Part shown: one piece after another, positions 30,204 to 39,700 of the stretch
Layout: every line of letters starts with the position of its first letter
Numbering within the stretch: position 1 is the stretch's first letter
Translations under genes and position numbers: made by a program
Notes under the pieces: generated by a model
What the model was told of the DNA's origin: nothing
The model's input: the letters and a program-made list of their open reading frames with translations, nothing else
The model's database searches: none
Assembly (NCBI GenBank): GCA_017549505.1
Contig: JAFYUS010000048.1
Coordinates: 9,163-73,162, forward strand
DNA length: 64,000 nucleotides
Reading direction: 5' to 3'
Source: Bacteroidales bacterium
Lineage (GTDB): Bacteria > Bacteroidota > Bacteroidia > Bacteroidales > UBA932

Positions 30204-31169
30204 ATGGATATACTTGTTCAGACACTGATACTTATAGGAGGACTCATACTGATTCTCTTAGGAGCAAATTACCTTGTAGACGGCTCGTCCAGCATCGCCA
30301 AGAAATTCGGCTTAAGCGAATTCGTGATCGGTCTTACGATTGTAGGAATCGGAACTTCGTCGCCGGAAATGGTAGTAAGTTTCATGTCGGCAATACAGGG
30401 CAAGGCAGAGATGGCCATCGGTAACGTTGTAGGATCCAATATATTCAATACATTGATTATTTTAGGAATTACAGCTCTTATCTCACCTTTAACTATAACC
30501 AGGAACAATATCAGGAAAGATATTCCCGTCAACTTCCTTGTAACTATACTGCTGTTGCTCCTTGGAATGAACTTCAGCATATTCAAAGTCGGTGAAAATG
30601 TCATCAGCAGGTTCGACGGTATCATCCTTCTTGCTGTTTTCGCCTGGTATCTCTGGTCTTCATTCAGATCCGACAATGGAGATGAAACTGAGGAAGGTGA
30701 AGAAATAAAGACACGCAATATCCCTGTCTCCATACTTATGATAATCGGAGGACTCGGAGCCCTAGTCTTCGGAGGTAGGTTATTTGTCAATTCAGCGACA
30801 GCTCTCGCCCAGATGTTCGGAGTTTCAGACAAGTTCATCGCCATCACGGTAATGGCAGCAGGAACATCAATGCCGGAACTTGCGACCTGCATTGTTGCCG
30901 CTCTTAAAGGCAGAGGACAGCTGGCCCTTGGAAACATCCTCGGATCAAATATCGGAAACATACTCCTGATACTTGGAGGCTCAGCCCTTATCCATCCGCT
31001 CTCCTTCAGCGGAATGACAATAGTCGACATCATTGCCGTAGCAATCTGTCCAATATTCATATATCTATGTGCATTCCTGTTCCGTAAAAAGGAAATAGAC
31101 AGGGCAGAAGGTATCATCTTCCTTCTCACTGAAGCGGCATACATGTGGTATCTGATTGCAAACCTATGA
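30204..31169 (+). CDS. Calcium/sodium antiporter (YrbG-like)
   Basis: GTSSPE / GTSMPE alpha repeats; GNVVGSN / GNILGSN. Confidence 0.92.
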   Translation: MDILVQTLILIGGLILILLGANYLVDGSSSIAKKFGLSEFVIGLTIVGIGTSSPEMVVSFMSAIQGKAEMAIGNVVGSNIFNTLIILGITALISPLTITRNNIRKDIPVNFLVTILLLLLGMNFSIFKVGENVISRFDGIILLAVFAWYLWSSFRSDNGDETEEGEEIKTRNIPVSILMIIGGLGALVFGGRLFVNSATALAQMFGVSDKFIAITVMAAGTSMPELATCIVAALKGRGQLALGNILGSNIGNILLILGGSALIHPLSFSGMTIVDIIAVAICPIFIYLCAFLFRKKEIDRAEGIIFLLTEAAYMWYLIANL

Positions 31170-31175
31170 TAACAC

Positions 31176-31205
31176 GAAGAACCCGGTCGATTGACCGGGT
31201 TCTTC
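31176..31205. terminator. Bidirectional terminator
   Basis: GAAGAACCCGGTC-gatt-GACCGGGTTCTTC between convergent genes. Confidence 0.75.
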
Positions 31206-31226
31206 TGTATTTACATCAGGCCTGTT

Positions 31227-32399
31227 CTATAGGAGAATAGATCCTGTAACCTTTTCCTTTTCAAGAAGCTCCTTGGTAACGACAGGATTTGCATAGATGT
31301 CAAGGAAAATCCTTCTGAGGTCTTCTCTATTGATTTCCGGCTCGACAGTATCAAGCTGCTTCTGCATATATGCGATGAACTGCTCTACGTCTGCCGGCTC
31401 GTACATATGTGAATATTTGTATGACTGGTTAAGCAGATCATAAGCGATGTAATTGTTCTTCCAAAGCCTGTAACCGTCGATAACACGTCTGTCTACAGCA
31501 TGACGGATCAGCTGATAACGGTCGTTCTTGTCACAAAGAGCAGCTTCAGCAATCTCTTCAGATGTAAGAGGTGTACCGATATTGAGGTGTATGTTTCCCT
31601 TATACTGCTGAATACCTACAAGGATGCTGTTGAGATCTTCACCTTCCGCCTTCACATATTTATGCTTGCGGGAAATCACGACTTCGCGTGCCTTCAGGAT
31701 ATCGCATGGCTCATATTCATATGAAATGCTCATAGGTGTGATGTTGAGCTCTTCGAAATTCTGCTGGAAATCAGCAGTACCGCTCATATCAAGCATCTTG
31801 AGCAGCCCCTGTTCAGTTATGTCATAACCGTTCTTGGTGCGGCCTTGTCTCTGGGCAAGCCAGATGGAACTGCGCTGGTTGGTGATGTTCAACCTGATAT
31901 ATTTCGAAAGCATCTGCGACGAGAGGTAAAGTTCACGTGCGGTGATACCCCTGATCACCTTGATCATCCTGTTGGAACGAAGGAGATACTCTATCGACTC
32001 GCTGGAGACAAGGTTATCTCCGACTGCAATCTCCGTAAGAGGAATTCCGTTGCGGAAAAGCACCAGCTGCATGATTGCAGGATCCAGGATGATATCTCTA
32101 TGGTTTGACAATGCAAGGAACCTCTTTTGCGGATCAAGGTTGGATATGCCGTCGTATGAGAAGTTCTTGGCTGTATGGGTAAGAGCCCACTCAACGAAAC
32201 GTGACATCACCAGTTCCTGGAACTGATCAACGGTCTTTATGTTCTTAAGGATAAGTTTAAGGAAATCCGGGGACTCGTCAGGAAAGAATCTGTTCGAGAA
32301 CTGGGATAGGAGCGGATGATCGGCAAGTTTGCCCAATGCGACAGAAGCCTCTTCATCCGTATATGGACTTATGCTTTGAAATTCAGATAAATCTATCAT
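31227..32399 (-). CDS. Glycerolipid acyltransferase (PlsC/PlsB-like)
   Basis: NHRDIILD (HX4D), IAVGDNL, WLAQRQGRTKNG and SISYEYEPCD motifs. Confidence 0.85.
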   Translation of the reverse strand: MIDLSEFQSISPYTDEEASVALGKLADHPLLSQFSNRFFPDESPDFLKLILKNIKTVDQFQELVMSRFVEWALTHTAKNFSYDGISNLDPQKRFLALSNHRDIILDPAIMQLVLFRNGIPLTEIAVGDNLVSSESIEYLLRSNRMIKVIRGITARELYLSSQMLSKYIRLNITNQRSSIWLAQRQGRTKNGYDITEQGLLKMLDMSGTADFQQNFEELNITPMSISYEYEPCDILKAREVVISRKHKYVKAEGEDLNSILVGIQQYKGNIHLNIGTPLTSEEIAEAALCDKNDRYQLIRHAVDRRVIDGYRLWKNNYIAYDLLNQSYKYSHMYEPADVEQFIAYMQKQLDTVEPEINREDLRRIFLDIYANPVVTKELLEKEKVTGSILL

Positions 32400-32474
32400 G
32401 TTTGATATGGTTTAGTTTAGCACATTCGTTGCAAATTTACAAAAAATAGCCAAATTAGCAAATGCGGGATATAC

Positions 32475-33683
32475 CTACTTTCTGAAAAGCAGAGAGCTGT
32501 CACCATAGCTCAGGAATCGGAAGTCATTCCTCAATGCAAAATCATATATGTTTTTCCAATCTCCCTTTACAAATGCAGATATAAGCAGCAGGAGAGTACT
32601 CTGAGGCTGATGGAAATTTGTTACAAGTATATCTACGACCTTGAACTCGTATCCTGGAACGATTATGATGCTCGTACCCAACTGGATGCTGTCCATTGAA
32701 TATCTTTCCATATAGTCCAATATCGCCTGAATTGAATCCTCAAAAGAATATTCATACTTCCTTTCATATGGTTCCCACTGACAGACGTCATCCGGGCAAC
32801 CTTTTTCAATACACTTCACACCAACATAATATAGTGATTCAAGTGTCCTTACAGATGTAGTTCCTACTGCAATGAGTTTTCCTTTGCGACTGATCAGCTT
32901 GGTGAGGAAACTGCGTGTGACCACGAATGGTTCCCTATGCATCGTATGCTCGGAAACCAATGAACTTTTAACCGGCAGGAATGTACCGGCCCCTACATGC
33001 AGGCACACATTTTCTATTTCAATACCTTTCGCAGCGATCGAGTCAAGTACTCTTTCTGTAAAATGTAGTCCGGCAGTAGGTGCGGCAACAGAACCACGGT
33101 ATTTAGCATACAAAGTCTGATATCTCTCCAGGTCGACATCCTCAGTTTCTCTATTAAGATACGGAGGAATCGGAATTGAACCGCAAATTTCCAATACCCT
33201 GGAGAACGGAGCACCGTTTGTCCATGAAAATTCAACGATCGAAGTTTCACCTCGTCTTTCGATGAGATCCGCTTTCAGCCCCATCTCAGCGACTGTGCAA
33301 TCATCTTCAGGATTATATAAGAACAGAGTATCGGATTTCCATCTCTTTACATTGCCTACAATACACTTCCACCTGCATCTGTCTGTAACTTCGAACATAG
33401 TGACGTATTCTTCCGGGAGAACCGGCTCAAGGCAGAATATCTCTATGTGGGCACCAGTTTCACGCTGGAAATGAAGTCTGGCCGGTACAACTTTGGTATC
33501 ATTGAAGACCATTACTGAGCCTTCAGGCAGAAATTCTGCTATCTGTGCAAAACTCTGTTCGCTGGGAGATTCACCTTTATATAAAAGTAACTTGGAAGCA
33601 TCTCTCTCCGATAGTGGATATCTGGCAATTCTCTCGTCCGGGAGATTGTAATTATAATCCTCGATTCTTATCTCTGGTATCAT
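32475..33683 (-). CDS. queA: S-adenosylmethionine:tRNA ribosyltransferase-isomerase
   Basis: Y.Y.LP.ERIA, FNDTKVVPARL, IPPYLNR, VAAPTAGLHFT, HVGAGTF, TNFHQPQSTL and FLSYGD motifs. Confidence 0.96.
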   Translation of the reverse strand: MIPEIRIEDYNYNLPDERIARYPLSERDASKLLLYKGESPSEQSFAQIAEFLPEGSVMVFNDTKVVPARLHFQRETGAHIEIFCLEPVLPEEYVTMFEVTDRCRWKCIVGNVKRWKSDTLFLYNPEDDCTVAEMGLKADLIERRGETSIVEFSWTNGAPFSRVLEICGSIPIPPYLNRETEDVDLERYQTLYAKYRGSVAAPTAGLHFTERVLDSIAAKGIEIENVCLHVGAGTFLPVKSSLVSEHTMHREPFVVTRSFLTKLISRKGKLIAVGTTSVRTLESLYYVGVKCIEKGCPDDVCQWEPYERKYEYSFEDSIQAILDYMERYSMDSIQLGTSIIIVPGYEFKVVDILVTNFHQPQSTLLLLISAFVKGDWKNIYDFALRNDFRFLSYGDSSLLFRK

Positions 33684-33760
33684 GGTATACAGATTCTGTT
33701 TCGGTTACAAAAGTACGCAAAAAACACCGGAATGCGAAATCCACTTCAAACCTCTCTTGT

Positions 33761-34169
33761 TAACAAATGTAATTTACATAAATTACATTTGTCTATACAT
33801 TTGTAACCAAACTAACAACTTCGACCCAGTATTGCGATTACTTTTGCAGCGATTATTTTTGTAATATAAGTTTTAATTATATCATATATTTATTTTACTT
33901 ATATAGCTATTAATCAGTTTATTATATATCTTTATATAGAGTTTTGATTCGTTAACATATCAATATTTGGGGCTAATTCCCGTAAAAATGACCGAATTTG
34001 CCCTAATTTTAGCAACATTAATAATATTATTGATTTAATAATCAGCTATTTATACTATTTAATCTATATTTATGATATATGTTAAATCCCTTTCTTGACA
34101 CTACCCTATTTACAAATTTGAACACATCCCACACTTGTATATCTCAAAATACTTGATTACATTTGTAAT
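33761..34169. promoter_or_regulatory. AT-rich intergenic region with repeated TTACAwwTGTAA-like operators
   Basis: Copies at 33761-33772, 33783-33794, 33795-33806, 34110-34121 and 34157-34168; the last overlaps the -7 box TACATTTG. Perfect 14-bp inverted repeat at 33763-33792. Confidence 0.55.
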
Positions 34170-34185
34170 AATTAACGAAACAATT

Positions 34186-34605
34186 ATGAATACCCGTCTA
34201 AAGCTGTTTCTCGACGCCAACAACCTTACTCAGGCAGAATTTGCAGATAAGATCAACGTAGTACGTGCAAGCGTTTCACACGTATTGTCCGGAAGGAATA
34301 ACCCAAGCTATGACTTCATCCGGTCAATAATGCAGAAATATCCCGAGCTTAACATCGAATGGTTAATGTTCGGTAAAGGTACGATGTACAAGACCATGCC
34401 TGCCCCACCCCAGAAACCTGCAGAATATGAAGAAGGTCTTATCTTTCAGGAAGTTGAGGAGACTTATGAACCGGTTATAGAACCTGAATCGGTTAGACTT
34501 AATGAGACGATAACTCCAAATGAAGTACCGCAAGTAACTATAAATCAGCGCAAAGTAAGCAAGGTTATTATTTTATTTGATGATGGTACTTATCAGGAGA
34601 TGTAA
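34186..34605 (+). CDS. XRE/Cro-C1 helix-turn-helix transcriptional regulator
   Basis: LTQAEFADKINVVRASVSHVLSGRNNPS, NIEWLMFGKG, C-terminal KVIILFDDGTYQE; start moved to ATG 34186. Confidence 0.85.
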   Translation: MNTRLKLFLDANNLTQAEFADKINVVRASVSHVLSGRNNPSYDFIRSIMQKYPELNIEWLMFGKGTMYKTMPAPPQKPAEYEEGLIFQEVEETYEPVIEPESVRLNETITPNEVPQVTINQRKVSKVIILFDDGTYQEM

Positions 34606-34648
34606 TACATGGATTTTTAGTATATTTGCATGATTTAACAATATAGTC

Positions 34649-35680
34649 ATGTACAAGCATATACTAAAGCCTATTCTTTTCCGTTTCAATCCTGAAACAG
34701 CGCACAACATCCTGTTTTCCTTACTGTCTTTTCTGAGGTATGTACCGTTTGCAGGATCAATACTGAGAGCCATATATAAAAAGGACTCACCAAATCTTTC
34801 AAAAGAGGTATTTGGGATCAATTTCCCTAATCCTGTCGGCCTTGCAGGAGGTCTGGACAAGAACGGAGAATTCTACAACGATATGGCAAATTTCGGCTTC
34901 GGATTCGTAGAGATCGGATCGCTTACTCCAAAGCCTCAGGACGGCAATCCAAAGCCTAGATGTTTCCGCGTACCTGGCGACAAAGCCATAATCAACAGAT
35001 TCGGAATCAATAACAAAGGTGTAAAGAATGCTCTGGAGCACCTCAAGAAGGAACGTCCGAACGTCATAGTGGCGGCCAATATATCCAAGAACACATCAAG
35101 CATCAACGAAGAGGCAGCCAAGGATTATGAAACATCATTCGGCCTGCTTTACGACTTCGTGGACATGTTTGTAATCAATATTTCATGCCCTAATGTAGTG
35201 GGACTCACCCACTTGCAGGACATCAGCTTCCTCTCGGAAATCATCGATAAGCTTCTTGCACTCAGATTGTATTATGACGAATACAGGCCTATCCTGCTCA
35301 AGGTCTCCCCTGACCTTTCTCATGCACAGCTTGATGAAATCATAGACTACTCGTTACGCTCCGGCATCGACGGCATAGTAGCAGGAAATACAACCAGAAG
35401 CAGGGACGGCCTGACAAGTATTTCCGCAGAAAAGATAGCTGAAATCGGCAACGGTGGCCTATCAGGAGCACCTGTTCACAAAAAGAATCTTGAACTGGTA
35501 CGCTATATTCATGAAAAATCGGAAGGCAAGCTTCCGATCGTAGGAGTTGGAGGAATCATGTCACCGGAAGATGCAAAAGCCATGATTGACGCAGGTGCGT
35601 CGCTTGTGGAGATTTATTCCGGATTCATATATGAAGGTCCGGCTCTTGTCAAGAAGATCATTAAACACCTCGAGAAATGA
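34649..35680 (+). CDS. pyrD: Quinone-dependent dihydroorotate dehydrogenase
   Basis: PETAH, NPVGLAGG.DK, Q.GNPKPR.FR, NISCPN, LKVSPDL and GGLSGAP motifs; -7 box TATATTTG at 34621-34628. Confidence 0.95.
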   Translation: MYKHILKPILFRFNPETAHNILFSLLSFLRYVPFAGSILRAIYKKDSPNLSKEVFGINFPNPVGLAGGLDKNGEFYNDMANFGFGFVEIGSLTPKPQDGNPKPRCFRVPGDKAIINRFGINNKGVKNALEHLKKERPNVIVAANISKNTSSINEEAAKDYETSFGLLYDFVDMFVINISCPNVVGLTHLQDISFLSEIIDKLLALRLYYDEYRPILLKVSPDLSHAQLDEIIDYSLRSGIDGIVAGNTTRSRDGLTSISAEKIAEIGNGGLSGAPVHKKNLELVRYIHEKSEGKLPIVGVGGIMSPEDAKAMIDAGASLVEIYSGFIYEGPALVKKIIKHLEK

Positions 35681-36951
35681 CATCTGCATCGATCTGCACG
35701 ATAGGAGACGAAATCCTTATAGGACAGGTGGTAGACACCAATTCCTCACACATATCTCGAGCACTCAACTCACTGGGTATCAAGGTGACACGCATGCTGT
35801 CCATCGGCGATGACCATGACACTATAGTAAAGGGACTGGAAAGAGAACTCCAGACAAATGATATTGTGATAGTTACCGGAGGTCTTGGACCTACAAAGGA
35901 TGACATCACCAAGCATGCTCTTGCAGAACTTTCCGGAAGCAGACAATACCGCACTGATGAAAGACAGCTGGAGATCGTCCACCGCATCTTAAGCTCCAGA
36001 GGTCTTGATGTGCTTGATATCAATATTGCTCAGGCATCAGTCCCTGATACATGCGAAGTGATTCCGAACAGGCTTGGCACTGCCCCTATAATGGTATTCC
36101 GCTTCCCGACAGAACGCTTCGGACATGAAGCTACCCTATATTCCCTTCCGGGAGTTCCATTTGAGGCTCTGGGAGCCCTGAATGACATATCTGAAGATAT
36201 CAGAAATCACTATCCGATTTCAGACATTTACCATAAGACCGTGATGACATTCGGCATTGCAGAGTCAGCATTGTCAAAGATGCTCGACGAATGGGAGGAT
36301 GCCCTCCCTTCCGACATGCATCTCGCATATCTTCCCGATGCCCTTACTGGCGTTCGTCTCAGACTATCCATATATGGAGGGGCAAAGGAGGAGCAGGAAG
36401 CTAGAATAGAGGCCGAAATGGCCGGCCTCAAGGCCATCCTGGGAGACGCAATATACTCAGACCAGGACGACAGGCTGGAAAAGTGCATAGGAAGGATGCT
36501 GGCCAGGAATGGAAAGACCGTCAGCGCAGCGGAATCATGTACCGGAGGGTTGATTTCCTCACTCTTCACGTCCGTTCCAGGATCATCAGAATATTATCTA
36601 GGTTCAGTTACTTCATACGCCAACAGCGTAAAGACAGGAGTTCTTGGTGTGCCTGCCGAAATCATAGAGAAGTATGGAGCAGTAAGCGAAGAATGTGTAC
36701 GGGAAATGGCTGAAGGAGTACGCAGGATAACAGGCAGCGACTTCTCTGTAGCGACTTCCGGAATAGCCGGACCTGGAGGAGGAAGCGACACCAAACCTGT
36801 AGGACTTGTATGCATCGGAGTAAGTTCACAAATGGGTACAGAAACCTTCAGAATGGTCTTCAAAGGCGACAGAAAACGTAATATCGACCGTTTTACAGCT
36901 AACGCACTTAATCTTTTACGAAAGAAGATACAAAACGAACTAAATACTTGA
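35677..36951 (+). CDS. cinA: CinA-family protein (MocF-like domain + NMN deamidase PncC domain)
   Basis: IGDEILIGQVVDTNS, TGGLGPTKDDIT, LPGVP, AESCTGG and SGIAGPGG; ATGA overlap with pyrD. Confidence 0.92.
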   Translation: MTSASICTIGDEILIGQVVDTNSSHISRALNSLGIKVTRMLSIGDDHDTIVKGLERELQTNDIVIVTGGLGPTKDDITKHALAELSGSRQYRTDERQLEIVHRILSSRGLDVLDINIAQASVPDTCEVIPNRLGTAPIMVFRFPTERFGHEATLYSLPGVPFEALGALNDISEDIRNHYPISDIYHKTVMTFGIAESALSKMLDEWEDALPSDMHLAYLPDALTGVRLRLSIYGGAKEEQEARIEAEMAGLKAILGDAIYSDQDDRLEKCIGRMLARNGKTVSAAESCTGGLISSLFTSVPGSSEYYLGSVTSYANSVKTGVLGVPAEIIEKYGAVSEECVREMAEGVRRITGSDFSVATSGIAGPGGGSDTKPVGLVCIGVSSQMGTETFRMVFKGDRKRNIDRFTANALNLLRKKIQNELNT

Positions 36952-37061
36952 TATTAAAATAATAAAACATATTTGTTTTGGTGTAAAACATTTTTGTTAC
37001 ATATATTTTTGTAAACGATAAGATATACTTATAAAAGAACTAACTTATTGGTAATCAACAA

Positions 37062-37988
37062 ATGAGCTCAATTCATGAACTACATGAGAGAAAAAGGAAA
37101 AGAATCAAGCTGAACGGCATATTTTACGCTTCGGTTTCTTCTGCTTCCTTCGGTTTCTCCCCTCTTTTCAGCCTCGGACTTCTGGCTGCAGGACTGTCGG
37201 ATTTCGATGTCCTCTCATACAGATGGCTGATAGCTGGAATCGTACTCATGATTTATGCTTTGTGCAAAAAGAAGAGTCTGCGACTTAACTCGTTTGACGA
37301 GGTCTGGAAGGTCGTCCTTCTGAGTGCCCTTCGAGCCATCACTTCCGTCACCCTTCTTATTGGTTACGCCAATATATCCAGCGGCATCGCTTCAACCATA
37401 AACTTCATGTATCCGGTCATAGTCACGATATGCATGATGCTGTTCTTCGGAGAAAAGAGATCGCTCGCAGATATCGCGGCTATCGGAGTATCCATATTTG
37501 GAGTTTACCTGCTTGCCTCTGGAGACAGTATAATCGTGGAGGGAGGAAATACACGTCTTGGTCTTATATGCTCACTTATATCAGCCTTCTCATTCGCGGC
37601 ATACTACATAGTGATGAAACAGGTCAGGGCAGACAAGATCGAGGTCGTGAAGTTCACGACATGGATCATGATGCTAAGTGCATTCTACTTCATCGTATGT
37701 GCATTCATTTTTGAAGGCAGGATAACCTTGGTCAAGGACTTCGGCAGCTGGTTGAACATACTTGGACTGGGATTGTGGGCAACTATGGTGTCTAACATTA
37801 CAGGTGTAAAGGCAATACGCAGAATCGGCCCGACACATACATCTATACTCGGAGCCCTACAGCCTGTAACAGCAGTCATATTGGGAGTCTTATTCCTTGG
37901 TGAACACCTCTACTTAAGATCATGCATCGGAATAACACTGATCCTAATGGCGGTCTCAGTCGTAGTAATGCATCAGAAGAAAAGATAA
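37062..37988 (+). CDS. DMT/EamA-family transporter
   Basis: About 10 TM helices in two EamA repeats (GIASTINFMYPV, SILGALQPVTA). Confidence 0.88.
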   Translation: MSSIHELHERKRKRIKLNGIFYASVSSASFGFSPLFSLGLLAAGLSDFDVLSYRWLIAGIVLMIYALCKKKSLRLNSFDEVWKVVLLSALRAITSVTLLIGYANISSGIASTINFMYPVIVTICMMLFFGEKRSLADIAAIGVSIFGVYLLASGDSIIVEGGNTRLGLICSLISAFSFAAYYIVMKQVRADKIEVVKFTTWIMMLSAFYFIVCAFIFEGRITLVKDFGSWLNILGLGLWATMVSNITGVKAIRRIGPTHTSILGALQPVTAVILGVLFLGEHLYLRSCIGITLILMAVSVVVMHQKKR

Positions 37989-37990
37989 TC

Positions 37991-38950
37991 TTATCCCAGA
38001 ACACGGAAAAAGTTCTCTCCGGCAAGCTTTTCGAGGTCTGACTCAGAGTACCCTCTGTCTTTAAGTTCTTCAAAAAGGACAGGCATCATGGAGATATCAT
38101 CCATTCCTTCAGGAGTAACTTCGATACCATCAAAATCAGAACCGATACCGACATGGTCTATTCCGACAAGACTGACTACATGGTCTATATGGTCTGCTAC
38201 CTTTTTATATGAAGGTCTGATGGAAGAATCAACGTCAGTAAATTCCGGATCTAAGAAAAAAGGATAGAAATTGATCTGTATGACTCCCCCGGCATCAGCA
38301 AGAGCCTTTATCATGTCGTCAGTCATGTTACGAGGATGTCCGCATATGGCACGGCAACATGAATGTGTGGCAACAACAGGTCGTGAAGAATATTTCAGAA
38401 CATCGTAGAATGTTTCATCAGAAACATGAGAAACATCCACCAATATTCCAAGGCGGTTCATCTCAGCCACGACTTCCTTTCCGAATGGGCTCAAACCTCC
38501 CCAAGTCTTTTCAGCAGAAGCACACGAATCACATATCTGATTATCGGAAGAATGACATAAGGTAATATATCGTATACCTTTATCATAGAACCACTTGATA
38601 TTATCTATAGAATCACCGATAGGCGATCCGTTCTCCAAAGCGAGGAAGACAGAGAATTTCCCTTCTTCCCTATTTTTCAATGCTTGAATACGATTGGAAG
38701 CAAACGCCGCAATATCTGAATTCTCAGATACTGAACGTTCAACTCCTTCTAGCATCCTCTCCGCGTGATCAAAACCGGATTTCGGATCAGAATCAAAAGC
38801 CGCAGGGATATATAAAGCGAAAAACGCACCGTCGACTCCACCTTTTACAAGTTTAGGGAAATCGACGTGTGCGTTATGATTGTCTATGGACAAGTCTCTT
38901 CCTCGTAGAATCTCGGAAGGCGTGTCACAATGTGAATCGAGAACAAACAT
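37991..38950 (-). CDS. Membrane dipeptidase (peptidase M19)
   Basis: DSHCDT, LENG, YITLCH, DVSH, ATHSC and HVGIGSDFDG motifs. Confidence 0.92.
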   Translation of the reverse strand: MFVLDSHCDTPSEILRGRDLSIDNHNAHVDFPKLVKGGVDGAFFALYIPAAFDSDPKSGFDHAERMLEGVERSVSENSDIAAFASNRIQALKNREEGKFSVFLALENGSPIGDSIDNIKWFYDKGIRYITLCHSSDNQICDSCASAEKTWGGLSPFGKEVVAEMNRLGILVDVSHVSDETFYDVLKYSSRPVVATHSCCRAICGHPRNMTDDMIKALADAGGVIQINFYPFFLDPEFTDVDSSIRPSYKKVADHIDHVVSLVGIDHVGIGSDFDGIEVTPEGMDDISMMPVLFEELKDRGYSESDLEKLAGENFFRVLG

Positions 38951-39696
38951 TATTTTGCAATCCTCTGTCTTACAGCCTCATACATAAGGACAGCTGAAGC
39001 GACGGATACATTAAGGGAAGTGATCTCTCCAGCCATAGGAATCGCAGCCTTGTCATCTGCAAGGTCAAGCATTGACTGTGAGATACCCTTGCCTTCAGAT
39101 CCCATGATAATGGCTACAGGACCAGTCATATCTACATCATATATAAGCTTGTCTGTCTTCTCAGTCGCCGCAATCAATTTGAAGCCGCTCTGCTGAAGAT
39201 AATATGCAGCAACTCTAAGATTAGGAACCTTGCAGGTATCCATTCTCATAAGGGCACCGGCAGATGCCTTGACAGCATCGGCATTTATTGCAGCACCTCC
39301 CTTGGCAGGTACAATGATGCCATGGCCTCCGGCACATTCAAGACTTCTCGCAATAGCTCCGAGGTTGCGCACATCGCTTACTCCGTCAAGAATCACAAGT
39401 ATAGGGTTATCGCTGCGTCCTAGAGCATTGTTCACAAGCTGCTCGATATCAACATAATCTATCTGCGATATATATGCAAGTACACCCTGATGCGATCCGC
39501 GTACTGCCCTGTTGAGACGCTCGCCAGGAACGAACTGAAACGGGATTTCATTCTCCTTCAGGAGTTCCATCAGTTCTCTGAACTGGACTCCTTCCAATCC
39601 CTGTTTCAAAAGTACCTTGTCAAATTTCTTTCCTGCCCTGACAGCTTCCAATACCGGATGCATACCGAACAGATACTGCATTTTCTTCTCTTCCAT
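38950..39696 (-). CDS. rlmB: 23S rRNA (guanosine-2251-2'-O)-methyltransferase
   Basis: FGMHPVLEA, HQGV, DVRNLGAIAR, KASAGA, MGSEGKG and SLNVSVA motifs. Confidence 0.9.
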   Translation of the reverse strand: MEEKKMQYLFGMHPVLEAVRAGKKFDKVLLKQGLEGVQFRELMELLKENEIPFQFVPGERLNRAVRGSHQGVLAYISQIDYVDIEQLVNNALGRSDNPILVILDGVSDVRNLGAIARSLECAGGHGIIVPAKGGAAINADAVKASAGALMRMDTCKVPNLRVAAYYLQQSGFKLIAATEKTDKLIYDVDMTGPVAIIMGSEGKGISQSMLDLADDKAAIPMAGEITSLNVSVASAVLMYEAVRQRIAK

Positions 39697-39700
39697 ATTA

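Noticed and set aside
34060-34087. Second dif-like match (ATATGTTAAAT)
   Set aside because: The XerD-like arm has no plausible XerC arm at 6-bp spacing; AT-rich context
38411-38426. TGTTTCATCAGAAACA parS-like palindrome
   Set aside because: Three central mismatches, and it lies in coding sequence
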